A stretch of 64,000 nt of DNA from a virus. The translations under genes and the position numbers were made by a program. Under the pieces are notes generated by a model, which worked only from the letters and a program-made list of their open reading frames with translations, searched no databases and was not told where the DNA came from. The stretch covers positions 64,001-128,000 of the IMG/VR virus record IMGVR_UViG_3300016471_001132. One strand, given 5' to 3'. Shown piece by piece: positions 1-9,714 of this stretch. Every line of letters begins with the position of its first letter. Position 1 is the stretch's first letter.

Positions 1-147
1 TTTAAGAGGTTGCGGATCGGCGAGATTCAAAGGTGTGCGTTCCTGGGCCTTTTTGCGGATCTCGATAGGTTCCACATTGTTCCACCCAAACATAGCACAG
101 CCTTGCAGGCTCACGGCCATGAATGCTAGAGCTAAGATTTTCTTCAT
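1..147 (-). CDS. o-spanin (Rz1-like outer-membrane lipoprotein), runs off the window edge
   Basis: Hand translation MKKILALAFMAVSLQGCAMFGW... shows a lipobox (LQG-C) and a Pro-rich tail; ATGA overlap with the i-spanin stop; not in the ORF track. Confidence 0.8.
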   Translation of the reverse strand, partial: MKKILALAFMAVSLQGCAMFGWNNVEPIEIRKKAQERTPLNLADPQPLK

Positions 148-638
148 TGCGATGCCTTGTAGTTGGGATTGGCTATGGCCGGACATTCTTTGTTGATCTC
201 ACTGGCAGTCTTGGCCGCGAGTTCTGCCTCGGTACGAGGTGCGCCTGATGCTATTTCCAAACAGCGCATGGCATTCTTGGTTCCACGATTGACCAGCCTC
301 TCCACTAACTCGGGTTTTTCCTTGGCGAACTGACCAAAGTCTCTGGGCTGTCCCTTGGCGTCCTGGCTGAACTTTTTGCTCAAGGCATCAACTTCAGCTC
401 GGTGTTTGTTGGAAGTTTCAGTGAGTTCCCTGTTGATGTCTTGGATTTTGGCGATGTCTTCTGTCATCTGTTTCATCAAGGCCTGTTGCTCTTGTATGCC
501 TTCTTGCAAGCGGCGCGAGTTTTCCTGGCTGATGGCCAAATCGGCCTTGAGATTCATCACATACCAACCACCAGCAGCCAAGATCACCACGATGACCAAG
601 GCCACTATGGCTTTGATGGCAGCACCAATGCCAAACAT
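144..638 (-). CDS. i-spanin (Rz-like)
   Basis: N-terminal TM helix plus long coiled coil and C-terminal Cys pair; lies between the endolysin and a lipoprotein. Confidence 0.75.
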   Translation of the reverse strand: MFGIGAAIKAIVALVIVVILAAGGWYVMNLKADLAISQENSRRLQEGIQEQQALMKQMTEDIAKIQDINRELTETSNKHRAEVDALSKKFSQDAKGQPRDFGQFAKEKPELVERLVNRGTKNAMRCLEIASGAPRTEAELAAKTASEINKECPAIANPNYKASQ

Positions 639-1102
639 CAGGCAATGAGTCCTTGCTTGTATACGGTTTTGCCGTTTTCTCTCATGGCGGTCATGACTTG
701 ACGCTTGAGGTTGTTGGGATCATAGCTGACATGAACCCAACCCGAATCGGGGACGCCAGGTGTGTAGAACTCCAGGATCAGCTGGGTGAACTGGAAATAC
801 TCGGCGATATATTTGGCTAGATCAGCATTGGGCACACCAGGGATCTCGATGTCAGCAGCTTGACCTTTGCAATGGTCTGAGGTGCGGCTTCCGCCCACTG
901 CAGCATTGACTTCAGGCGCGCGATAGCCCGAGTTGACTTTGATTCCGCGACCATAAGCGGTGCGCAGGGGTTGCAAGATTTGTTCGCATAATAGGCGTAG
1001 ATTTTCAATCACATCCTCTGGTGGAGTGTTGTCCAGTCCGTGGCGCAGAGCTGTTTCGCTCTTGATCATCTCATTGAGACTGAAGTTTTCTGTGAGTTGC
1101 AT
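638..1102 (-). CDS. Endolysin, peptidase M15A family (Zn D-Ala-D-Ala peptidase fold)
   Basis: SGYR...SDH...AAD...WVHVS motifs; TAAATA box at 1124-1129 and SD upstream. Confidence 0.85.
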   Translation of the reverse strand: MQLTENFSLNEMIKSETALRHGLDNTPPEDVIENLRLLCEQILQPLRTAYGRGIKVNSGYRAPEVNAAVGGSRTSDHCKGQAADIEIPGVPNADLAKYIAEYFQFTQLILEFYTPGVPDSGWVHVSYDPNNLKRQVMTAMRENGKTVYKQGLIA

Positions 1103-1126
1103 AGTTGGCTCCTATTGGAACCGTAT

Positions 1127-1327
1127 TTAGCTTCTGCCCCAATGCACCCGATTCCATGCTCTTTCATGCAAGAAATACAAGATGAAGTTGACCACGAGTT
1201 GTACAGCAGCGATAGTACCGGCTATGGAGATATCTGCTGCTATAATGAAACTGATGATAAAAGTAGCCAAGCTGGCAGTGAAACGCCAGCTGACAGCTTT
1301 GGCCCAACTTCTCTTGGATGAATCCAC
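1127..1327 (-). CDS. DUF2061-like small membrane protein
   Basis: RSWAKAVSWR...YFLHERAWNRV signature. Confidence 0.75.
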   Translation of the reverse strand: MDSSKRSWAKAVSWRFTASLATFIISFIIAADISIAGTIAAVQLVVNFILYFLHERAWNRVHWGRS

Positions 1328-1740
1328 TACAGTTTACCCTCTGCCCTTAGTTGTGCTCGTATCTGTGTAGCACTGATGGCATGTATCTCTTCGCCAAGGT
1401 CATGCTGTGTGAAGGTGTAGCCCACACCACGACCATAGCTGATGTCCACGATGTTGGGCACCTGCATGATGATGTACTCTTCACCGTAGTCAAATCCTTC
1501 AGAGGCCAATGCTGTCTTGATGTTTTCAACCACTGTATCGTAATCAAAGGGATTGTCGGTCTGTGCTGCTGTACGGCCACCACCAGCATCTGCACCAACG
1601 ATACCGCCCACATCACGGATCTGGATGCAGACTTGACCAGTCTCCAACAATGCTTTCTTGAACAAGGCCGTGTGCCCCGGATGCCACGGTTGCCAACGGC
1701 CCAGCATTTGTGTGGTGGGTTTTTTTGGGTCAAAACTCAT
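1327..1740 (-). CDS. HxGH nucleotidyltransferase (cytidylyltransferase/NMNAT-like)
   Basis: GRWQPWHPGH and C-terminal ISATQIR motifs. Confidence 0.8.
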   Translation of the reverse strand: MSFDPKKPTTQMLGRWQPWHPGHTALFKKALLETGQVCIQIRDVGGIVGADAGGGRTAAQTDNPFDYDTVVENIKTALASEGFDYGEEYIIMQVPNIVDISYGRGVGYTFTQHDLGEEIHAISATQIRAQLRAEGKL

Positions 1741-2168
1741 CGGATATCTCCTATGTATTTGGCCACTACTTGGGCTAACTGAGCATGTGTATCATTGAAC
1801 CAGCCTTTAACATGATAGTCACATTTCGCTGGAGGTTCAAACATACGGTTGGTATCTTCGAATCGACCTTCCTTGATGGTGTCCATCCAGATCACATAAT
1901 CAGCGTTAAACTGTTCTCGGGCTTTTTCTGTGGGGCAGACGAAATCTGCTACAGCGATCTTTCCGGCTTTGACCACACCGTCTGCGAGATACTTCATTCG
2001 CATGGCTTGGCGCATACGACCTTCGGGGCTGAAATCCCAATCGCTGTATTCTTCACGGATCTGATCGGCATTGAGCCATACTCCGCCGATCAGTCGGGCA
2101 AACGGTTCGGCTAGTGTTGATTTTCCGGACCCAGGAAGACCCATGATAAGGATGCGTTTTATCGTCAT
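1737..2168 (-). CDS. cysC: Adenylyl-sulfate kinase-like P-loop kinase
   Basis: GLPGSGKST Walker A, NADQIR, DFSPEGR, FVCP, FEPP; lid region is shortened. Confidence 0.65.
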   Translation of the reverse strand: MTIKRILIMGLPGSGKSTLAEPFARLIGGVWLNADQIREEYSDWDFSPEGRMRQAMRMKYLADGVVKAGKIAVADFVCPTEKAREQFNADYVIWMDTIKEGRFEDTNRMFEPPAKCDYHVKGWFNDTHAQLAQVVAKYIGDIR

Positions 2169-2169
2169 G

Positions 2170-3138
2170 TTATTTGCTTTGGTTAAAGTCCATCTTCTGC
2201 GCTATAGGCAACCATACTTGTCGAAGTTCCAACATGCTTTTCTTGTATCCATCTGGAGTCAATTCACGTTCTTCTACAAACATAAGATTTTCGTTGAAAA
2301 ATCGGCGTGCTGTTTCGCTCCGTATCGCTTTTACGAAGTTGTCCGTATACCATTTAGTTATTTCAGGAGGTGTTCCCTTGGGTAATAAAATACCCCATCC
2401 TGCATAGACATTGGCGCCGGGAATCACGGAATTCATTAAAGGCACGTCTGGTATTTTAGACAGCTTCTGATTGCCAAAAATGCCGATATATTTGACTTTA
2501 TCTGCCTTGACCAATCCGTAGGCCACTGCTGCTGGTATGATCCCAAAATCCACGTGTTTGCCTGCCACATCATTACCCGCTGGTGCAGGACCTTTGTAAG
2601 AAACTGCAGTTACCATATTCCGGCGTGCTTTAGTATGATTCATCATATATTCGTAGGCCAACTTGTGGGCGCTGGCACCCACAGCGATACTCACAGGATG
2701 AGAACTTGACTCGATCAATTTTATAAATTCTTGTGGAGTGTTGACAGGGCTATCTGATGGAGCAATCAAGGCCAAGGGACTTTTTGCGATGTTGACAGTG
2801 TATTCAAAACTATCGGGTGTGAATTTGATGACATTTTTGGAGATCACATCGGCCATTACCCAGGTTCCTTGTTGGCTAGCGATATTGATAGTGTGACCAT
2901 CCGGCGGAGACGCTACGAGATTGTTGAGACTGATGGCTGCATCTGCTCCCGGCTGATTGATGACGATAAACTTGGCACCCGTGGTTTTTTCTACTTCCCG
3001 GGCAACTGCACGAAAACTCATTTCATTTCCGGATCCAGGGGCAAATCCTATCAATACATCAATGGGTTTTGTTGGTTGCCAGGCCAGAGAGGTGGTGGTT
3101 GTCAGCGCCAACATCGCTGCTGCAAAAAAATTCTTCAT
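2170..3138 (-). CDS. Bug/TctC tripartite tricarboxylate transporter substrate-binding protein
   Basis: Signal peptide, W-P-x-KPI, GFAPGSG, NQPGA, DGHT, SYKGPAPA, GWG motifs. Confidence 0.85.
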   Translation of the reverse strand: MKNFFAAAMLALTTTTSLAWQPTKPIDVLIGFAPGSGNEMSFRAVAREVEKTTGAKFIVINQPGADAAISLNNLVASPPDGHTINIASQQGTWVMADVISKNVIKFTPDSFEYTVNIAKSPLALIAPSDSPVNTPQEFIKLIESSSHPVSIAVGASAHKLAYEYMMNHTKARRNMVTAVSYKGPAPAGNDVAGKHVDFGIIPAAVAYGLVKADKVKYIGIFGNQKLSKIPDVPLMNSVIPGANVYAGWGILLPKGTPPEITKWYTDNFVKAIRSETARRFFNENLMFVEERELTPDGYKKSMLELRQVWLPIAQKMDFNQSK

Positions 3139-3156
3139 GATTTATCCTTTAAGTGT

Positions 3157-3738
3157 TTATTGTTTTAAACAACACACAAGGGTGTCTGCGAGACTGCTGG
3201 ATGGTGTTATTGCTTGTCCAAATGTGGACTCAAACCAGAGAGATGAAACGTGGTGCCAGGCAAGATTATGCTTTTGGCTGAACTGGAATATTGCAGAGTT
3301 CATCTGCGTTATTTCCGATAACATATTTACACTGTCGCGATAGTAGGGTCGATAATCTGGATGTTTGATCCCAAACCCACCGGCTTCGTGCCACCAAGCA
3401 TAGCAAGCCAGATCGGGTCTATAGACCATGGCGATCCAAGCATCAGGATAGCGTTCACGGATCTCATCGAGATGGTAGCACCATTCATGGCTTTTCAACA
3501 AGCGTGTGCCTTGGGTATGCTGGTAAGGCGCATCAAGGTTATCTTCGTCCAAGCTGATGTCATGTTCCCATCCTGTGCCAAAATACACACCCAGATGCCC
3601 TGTGAAATCGTGATGCTGATAACTGCGATCCGGTGTTCGATCGGTTGTGTTGAAGTTGCCGGCCCTTTCGATATCTTGAGCGATGCCGCTCCACCTGCTA
3701 CCGGGGGCGCCCACTAGGAATACTTTATCGGGCAACAT
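3157..3738 (-). CDS. Sulfotransferase-like / P-loop-like protein
   Basis: N-terminal VFLVGAPGSRWS loop, LKSH motif; close to the APS-kinase-like gene. Confidence 0.45.
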   Translation of the reverse strand: MLPDKVFLVGAPGSRWSGIAQDIERAGNFNTTDRTPDRSYQHHDFTGHLGVYFGTGWEHDISLDEDNLDAPYQHTQGTRLLKSHEWCYHLDEIRERYPDAWIAMVYRPDLACYAWWHEAGGFGIKHPDYRPYYRDSVNMLSEITQMNSAIFQFSQKHNLAWHHVSSLWFESTFGQAITPSSSLADTLVCCLKQ

Positions 3739-3958
3739 AGAGATAGATCAATCCTGGTATGATGATGAAGAACTGTGGTAGGAAATTGAAGACTATGGCC
3801 CGTTCCCGCCATTTGAGGCCGCAGTAGATCCAGCCGGCTGCACCGATCATCTGGAGTATACTATTCCAAGGGGTGATTCCTAACACATGCAGTACCATGG
3901 CACTAAGTATTGTGCTGGCACTAAACCATTTCACAAAGCGAGTTTTATCTGTATGCAT
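3725..3958 (-). CDS. Small 3-TM membrane protein (half-PnuC/SemiSWEET-like)
   Basis: Three hydrophobic segments, W-x-x-x-G-x-x-W-R-E-R-A-I; start placed at MHTDK. Confidence 0.55.
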   Translation of the reverse strand: MHTDKTRFVKWFSASTILSAMVLHVLGITPWNSILQMIGAAGWIYCGLKWRERAIVFNFLPQFFIIIPGLIYLYVAR

Positions 3959-4483
3959 GATCAAGAATATTTGAACGATTATTTTCGGAATCACTGGCGT
4001 CCCAACTTGGACGCTTTCGTATATAGTGGCTATGAACAGGTCGCGTCAAAAATACAAGCTCACGAATGGGTGCTGGATGTGGGATGTGGACGCAATCCTT
4101 TCAAAGCATTGTTACCGAATGTAGTTGGCATAGATCCTGCGTTCGACGACGCCGATTTCCTTGTCACCATCGAAGAATTCCAAGCCACTAAGAAATTTGA
4201 TGTTGCCACTTGCTTAGGCAGTCTCAACTTCGGCGACGATGCTGTGATAAGTCGACAGATATACAAGATGGTCAGTCATCTCAAAGACCACAGCAGAGTC
4301 TACTGGCGTCTCAATCCTGGACGCAGGGACCATGCTAGTGAAAAATGCCAAGGTATTCCATTCTATCCCTGGAGTCACCGGAGGTTGGGAGAATTTGCTG
4401 AGCTGTTTGATTTCCACCAGACCAACGAACAGACAGAAACCAATGGGCGTGTGGTCAGACTATACGCCGAATGGCATCGTTAA
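3953..4483 (+). CDS. Class I SAM-dependent methyltransferase
   Basis: VLDVGCG motif I, GID, FDVATCLGSLNF. Confidence 0.8.
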   Translation: MHDQEYLNDYFRNHWRPNLDAFVYSGYEQVASKIQAHEWVLDVGCGRNPFKALLPNVVGIDPAFDDADFLVTIEEFQATKKFDVATCLGSLNFGDDAVISRQIYKMVSHLKDHSRVYWRLNPGRRDHASEKCQGIPFYPWSHRRLGEFAELFDFHQTNEQTETNGRVVRLYAEWHR

Positions 4484-5166
4484 GACTTGATGTAATCATT
4501 GAGATTATCTAGCACTAACCGCGCCACATCTTCATGTGCGGATTCTAGAGGATGCATGGTTGGGCTTATTTCATGACCACGAGCTTTGCTATATTCAACT
4601 ATATTTTTTCCATCGAACGCAGTCAAGTAGTCTTTGATTTCATTCTGGATAGGAATCATCCCAGGAGAAATATTCCATCGTTGATCTAGCACTAGATCAT
4701 CCATTGAAGTCATGATAAATTTTTGATTTTTTGACTGCAATATGTCTATAGAAGATTTGATAGATTGCAAGGTAGTCAGTTTGTCTCTGTGTTCGCTGTG
4801 CAAATCACGGTAGTAATATTTGGCAACTGTGTCAACATCGACAGGCATAATAGTCGACCAGCGGGCACCACCGCCAGGCCATGGAGCAGAGTCAGCTCGG
4901 ATGTAATCGAATCTATCTATCCAAGTCCATCCAATGACATACAGAGCAGGTTCTGGATCGGCCGATAATGCGTTTATCAACCTTTCCCATATCTGTAAAT
5001 TGCCTGATCCCGGTCGAGCATAGCATTCGTAGGTGTACCCTAGACTTTTAGCTACCAAGGCTGGCCAAGAAAATTTGCTGGGAGTAGCAAATTCAGTCCC
5101 GTGGCCATCATCGTGTAAATCGGTGCCAAATATAAGACTGCACCCAAAACTCTTGAGTTTCATCAA
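4480..5166 (-). CDS. SGNH/GDSL-like hydrolase or acyltransferase
   Basis: FGCS block I, PGSGN block II, terminal MHP catalytic His. Confidence 0.6.
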   Translation of the reverse strand: MMKLKSFGCSLIFGTDLHDDGHGTEFATPSKFSWPALVAKSLGYTYECYARPGSGNLQIWERLINALSADPEPALYVIGWTWIDRFDYIRADSAPWPGGGARWSTIMPVDVDTVAKYYYRDLHSEHRDKLTTLQSIKSSIDILQSKNQKFIMTSMDDLVLDQRWNISPGMIPIQNEIKDYLTAFDGKNIVEYSKARGHEISPTMHPLESAHEDVARLVLDNLNDYIKS

Positions 5167-5188
5167 ATTCTAGATTGTGTTGGTGTGT

Positions 5189-5746
5189 TTATATACCAGA
5201 TGCGGACTGTAGTGCGCGGATATCTTGATCTCGTTCGTAGATCTGCACAGTATCCAACCCAGCTGCGGCACGCATCTCATTGAGATCTTTTTCGTGTTGC
5301 TGGCGATACTCTTTGGGACTCAATGGAATCATGCTGGCAAAATTCGCTTCACTGAAGGGCATGGATTTGTCATCGCTGTGGATGGTCCAGTCTGAGGCTT
5401 GGTATTCTGTCAGCGTGTTGAGATCGTCTAACATACCAGCCACTTGTCGAGCAGCAGCTGATCTGCGGCGCATCTCTACATAGACTAGATAACGACCAGG
5501 GGATATTTCGCCAGGGCTGATATCAGCGTCTAACACCCAATCATACCCTTGCTCAAACCATGTCATGAGATCTCGTGCTGCCATCTTGCTCCGGACGAAA
5601 AAACTCAATACCAAGATATCGTCATCATCACCCATCTTGCTGGCAAACTCATCTACATGAATAGTAGGCTTGAGCATGCCGTCAAGGTCCTGGTATTCTA
5701 GTCCTTCAAGCAGGAGTGGGTGCTGTGATTTCAGGGGCTGATTCAT
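5189..5746 (-). CDS. Conserved phage hypothetical protein (possible head-associated)
   Basis: Intact 185-aa ORF coupled to the upstream gene; N-terminal LLLE/GLE. Confidence 0.6.
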   Translation of the reverse strand: MNQPLKSQHPLLLEGLEYQDLDGMLKPTIHVDEFASKMGDDDDILVLSFFVRSKMAARDLMTWFEQGYDWVLDADISPGEISPGRYLVYVEMRRRSAAARQVAGMLDDLNTLTEYQASDWTIHSDDKSMPFSEANFASMIPLSPKEYRQQHEKDLNEMRAAAGLDTVQIYERDQDIRALQSASGI

Positions 5747-6278
5747 CTTTTTGGTATTCTTGTTGATCTAGATCTTCTTCGTAGGCCGAATCGAGTTCTT
5801 CGAGATCGATCTCTTGATCGGCCAATTCGATACTACCGGTGCGGATGTCACTCATTAGGCTTTTAGGAATCACGATCTCCACCAGCCATACCGGTTTGCG
5901 AACCAGTCGAGCCTTGTGTGTGCCAGCGATGAAATCATCTGGATCGTCGATCTTGATGGGGATCTTGATCGTTGTTTTTTTGAAACGCACAATACAATCA
6001 AAAGGCAACAAACGGCGTGCTCCGCGGGGGTCCGGCATGAGTTTCTCCGGATACATGAATATGCAACCCACAGTGTACCGCCCTACTTCGGGTCCTTGTA
6101 CCAATTCACCCAACTGCCAATTACGGAAAGCATACAAATCCATCTGATCTAGCACACGCTCAAAATCCATCAGGGTCTGTAGGCTTCCTTCACTGAGATA
6201 GATTCCCTTGATCTCATCAGCTACTAACCAATAATCTTCTTGGTTTTTAAAGATATCGCTGTCTAGTTTGCTACGCAT
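5706..6278 (-). CDS. Conserved phage hypothetical protein
   Basis: ATG at 6278 is 5 nt downstream of TAAATA (6284-6289); acidic C-terminus. Confidence 0.65.
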   Translation of the reverse strand: MRSKLDSDIFKNQEDYWLVADEIKGIYLSEGSLQTLMDFERVLDQMDLYAFRNWQLGELVQGPEVGRYTVGCIFMYPEKLMPDPRGARRLLPFDCIVRFKKTTIKIPIKIDDPDDFIAGTHKARLVRKPVWLVEIVIPKSLMSDIRTGSIELADQEIDLEELDSAYEEDLDQQEYQKDESAPEITAPTPA

Positions 6279-6439
6279 GTGATTATTTATGGTGCGGAGT
6301 TGATATGGCTGTGTTTGAATATAATCAACCAAGCCTAATACTTATATCGCAGTTACAAAGATTACACTGGTAGAGAACTTCCCTTGTTCCTTACCTAAAT
6401 ACCGTTGGGTAGCGAATTATGTTCAAAGGAGAACCGCAT

Positions 6440-7189
6440 TTGAGCAGAGCAAGAGGAGCCAAGGCGCAACGCCGTCAGGCACAGCAATTCCAGCACCAAG
6501 TCTTAGAAAATACCATCAATTTCCGCCCACAAGCGGCACCCCGACCCAGACCTGTAGAATTACGCCCTAAGAGCATAGGACAGGAACGATTGATCCTAAG
6601 CTTGCTAGATGATTCTAACGTCATCTCTGTGGCCATAGGTCCAGCGGGCACGGGCAAGAGTTATCTCGCCATGTTGGCTGCTATACGGGCACTCAAACAA
6701 GGCGATTGCGAGCGTATAGTGCTCACTCGCCCGGCCGTGGGGGTAGACGATGAAAAACATGGTTTCTTACCAGGAGATCTCAATGCCAAAATGGAGCCAT
6801 GGACTAGACCTCTATTAGACATTTTGAGAGAGTATTACCACCCTCGAGAAATTGCCAAGATGCTGGAAGATCAGATCATAGAAATCTCTCCCCTGGCATT
6901 CATGAGAGGACGCACCTTTAAAAATGCCTGGATCGTAGCGGATGAAATGCAAAATGCCACGCCCAGCCAGATGAAGATGCTGTTGACACGCATCGGTCAA
7001 GGGAGCCGCATCGCTGTAACAGGTGATGTGGAGCAGGCCGATCGCACCACTGCCAACAACGGATTGCTAGATCTTGCAGTAAGGTTACAACAGCAAGGTA
7101 TCGAGGGTCTGGCGGTGTGTCATTTGGATGCGCGAGACATCCAGCGCCATCCTATGATTGGACCGGTTCTGGCACTGTATCAGGACTAG
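6440..7189 (+). CDS. phoH: PhoH-family ATPase
   Basis: GPAGTGKS, LTRPAV, GFLPG, RGRTF, DEMQN, GDVEQ; TTG start after AAGGAG. Confidence 0.95.
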   Translation: MSRARGAKAQRRQAQQFQHQVLENTINFRPQAAPRPRPVELRPKSIGQERLILSLLDDSNVISVAIGPAGTGKSYLAMLAAIRALKQGDCERIVLTRPAVGVDDEKHGFLPGDLNAKMEPWTRPLLDILREYYHPREIAKMLEDQIIEISPLAFMRGRTFKNAWIVADEMQNATPSQMKMLLTRIGQGSRIAVTGDVEQADRTTANNGLLDLAVRLQQQGIEGLAVCHLDARDIQRHPMIGPVLALYQD

Positions 7190-7460
7190 AAGGAGGTATT
7201 TCAACGATCTTGAGGCCATGGAAAGCCTCAAGATCCTCAATCATCTTTTGATAGTGCTGATGGTAGAAGTCGCGGATCTTCCACCAGTCTTTGGGCACAG
7301 TGACTCCGTCCATGGTACTTTGTAAAACCTGCTGTGTTTTGAAATCCAAGATCACAGCAGCGGTTTGGATGTCTCTGGTTCGAAGATTTTTACTGGCAGT
7401 GACTATTTCGTCTAGTTTACCAGTGGGTTTTCGGATATATTTCACTATAAAGTATCTCAT
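7152..7460 (-). CDS. Hypothetical protein
   Basis: 102-aa ORF coupled (ATGA) to the radical SAM gene. Confidence 0.55.
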   Translation of the reverse strand: MRYFIVKYIRKPTGKLDEIVTASKNLRTRDIQTAAVILDFKTQQVLQSTMDGVTVPKDWWKIRDFYHQHYQKMIEDLEAFHGLKIVEIPPSSPDTVPEPVQS

Positions 7461-8569
7461 TTACGATATTTGACCATGATTGATTGATAGGTATCTAAAT
7501 GTTTTGCTTTGGGGGCGCACAGCCCGCAAAAGCATGCTTGCTTTTGGCACTGGATCACTGGCATGCTGTCTTTTTCAAGATGGTGTTTGGTCCAATCTAA
7601 CAGATCTTGGCTATTGCTCAACGACCCAATCGGTCCCACGTTACCATCAAAGGACATCTTGCAATCTTTATTCACAAAGATTTCTTCAGTGATTTGTTTG
7701 ACATGTAGGAAAAATTCATTCACGCTACAGAACCAATTTGGAAATCTATTCTGCACGAACGATAGTCTAGAGGATCTGTCCTGGTCAAGACATACTTGGC
7801 GGCCGCCGCAGCAGGACCGACCGACAGCGGCCATGTTAACACTGGTTTCTTTGTCAAGTCTTGACAGATCAACTGTAGACTTGTAGCTCCGCTTGTTATA
7901 GAGTTTTTCGAAAAACATGATCTGCCTATTGTCATAGTTGAATCTGGTGGCTGTGATAGGATGGTCTATCTGCTTGGGGAGACATGCAATACCATGGTCA
8001 GCACACCATTGGACCATGGCTACAGAGAGATCAAATAACTCTCCTTTGTTGTGCATCATGGCTATACACTTCAATCTTGATCCATATTTTTGTATAGCCA
8101 ACAGATTTTTTTTAAACTGATCATGCTGTTTCTTACTATTTTGTGGATGAAAACTGACAGTGAATTCATCAACCAAAGGAATTATCTGTTCAAATTTTTT
8201 CGATGATACAATGGCGTTGGTAGTACAAGTCACAGTCAAGGGCCAACTTGTCTGGTAATCGGCATGGCGCTCTTTGATATATTGTAATATAGTGACTATA
8301 TCTGGATGATGCAGACTTTCTCCACCATACACGTTTATCACCACATCTCTTATGCCTTTGGCTTTTTTGCTCATATACAGATCAGTATAGGCCAACATAA
8401 AATCCACCGACTTTTTGCAACGATCCAGAGGCGGGTGTTTCGTGGAATTATCGTGGCCTGCGCAATAATCGCAATCCAGATTACATTTGAATGTCAATTC
8501 CCAATCTAATAGGAATGTCATCCTATTATTCGGATTTATTGCAGGTTCTAATACCAAAAAATCAGACAT
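7457..8569 (-). CDS. Radical SAM protein
   Basis: CNLDCDYC, YGGE, extra Cys clusters at the C-terminus; AT-rich. Confidence 0.9.
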   Translation of the reverse strand: MSDFLVLEPAINPNNRMTFLLDWELTFKCNLDCDYCAGHDNSTKHPPLDRCKKSVDFMLAYTDLYMSKKAKGIRDVVINVYGGESLHHPDIVTILQYIKERHADYQTSWPLTVTCTTNAIVSSKKFEQIIPLVDEFTVSFHPQNSKKQHDQFKKNLLAIQKYGSRLKCIAMMHNKGELFDLSVAMVQWCADHGIACLPKQIDHPITATRFNYDNRQIMFFEKLYNKRSYKSTVDLSRLDKETSVNMAAVGRSCCGGRQVCLDQDRSSRLSFVQNRFPNWFCSVNEFFLHVKQITEEIFVNKDCKMSFDGNVGPIGSLSNSQDLLDWTKHHLEKDSMPVIQCQKQACFCGLCAPKAKHLDTYQSIMVKYRK

Positions 8570-9488
8570 CTCTCAGAGAGCCCAGTTCGATCATGGTCGC
8601 CGCGAGATTGATCTCTTGATCGGCCACCATGGGTATGTTTGCGATGCCGTTGCGTATGATCACGATGGCCTGGTCTTGCTTTTCAGGATCAGTGCTCCAT
8701 AATTCAAGATTGTCATACATCCAACGGAACACTTCTTCCATCTCCTCGGGTCGCACCGCTGAACACATCAATTTCCTTGCCTCTAATACACGACCTTGTT
8801 TGAAGAGATCTACCACATCCAGTTTCCATTCCCGTACACCACCTTCGTCGCCGTGTGGTTTGTCAAGACGGCCTGCAGTTGAGTTCATCTGGCAAGTATT
8901 CAAGCATTTGCGCAGATCTGGGTAAGTGGCTTTGACATAAGTGTCTAGTGTGTCGAGATCAAACTCCACAGACTCAGTGACGAGAACAGTAGCGATACGA
9001 GCAGTAAACTCAGTGACATCGACTTTTTCAATATGGAATCCCTGGCATCTCGAATGTAGAGCAGGAATAACACGGTTAGGATAGTTACAGGTAAGGATAA
9101 ATCTAGCACTGGCATGATAAGTCTCCATGACGCCGCGGAGGGCTGCTTGTCCATTGGGACTGATATAATCAGCCTCGTCGAGTAACACAACCTTGAATGA
9201 TCCAAACGGCATTGTTTGTACGAATCCAGTGATCTTGTCTCTGATGGTATCTACAGAGTTTTCACGGCTGGCGTTTATCTCCAACACATCATAGTCGTCG
9301 ATCTCTAACTCGTTGATCAGGATCTTGGCTAGTGTGGTCTTGCCCACGCCCGGCGCACCTGAAAACAACAGATGCGGAATCGCCTTGGCATCGATCCAGG
9401 ATTGTACCTGTTTGCGTTGGGCATCATCGCGGAACACATAGTCGGCTACTGTGCGTGGTCGATACTTTTCTGTCCAGAGTTCTTTCAC
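8562..9488 (-). CDS. Sliding-clamp loader small subunit (RFC / T4 gp44-like AAA+)
   Basis: WTEKYRP, GAPGVGKT, INAS, LLDEAD, SRC motif, DLRK. Confidence 0.95.
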   Translation of the reverse strand: MKELWTEKYRPRTVADYVFRDDAQRKQVQSWIDAKAIPHLLFSGAPGVGKTTLAKILINELEIDDYDVLEINASRENSVDTIRDKITGFVQTMPFGSFKVVLLDEADYISPNGQAALRGVMETYHASARFILTCNYPNRVIPALHSRCQGFHIEKVDVTEFTARIATVLVTESVEFDLDTLDTYVKATYPDLRKCLNTCQMNSTAGRLDKPHGDEGGVREWKLDVVDLFKQGRVLEARKLMCSAVRPEEMEEVFRWMYDNLELWSTDPEKQDQAIVIIRNGIANIPMVADQEINLAATMIELGSLRDV

Positions 9489-9489
9489 A

Positions 9490-9714
9490 CTATTCCTTTT
9501 TCAAAATCTTGATCAAGCGTTGTTTTTCCCATTGGTCTTCTTCCGAAAATGTAGGGAGTTTTTTATATTCATCATCTAACCAACATTTTAACAGATAAAG
9601 TTCATGCTTGCAAGAGCGACTTGTCCAACCGTCGTTGTAAGGGGATTTGATTTCACCCAAGCTGGCCGAGATAGCTCTAGCAGCCTCGGTGAGATCAGGT
9701 TTTTGGAAACCCAT
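9490..9714 (-). CDS. Hypothetical protein
   Basis: 74-aa ORF in operon spacing. Confidence 0.5.
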   Translation of the reverse strand: MGFQKPDLTEAARAISASLGEIKSPYNDGWTSRSCKHELYLLKCWLDDEYKKLPTFSEEDQWEKQRLIKILKKE

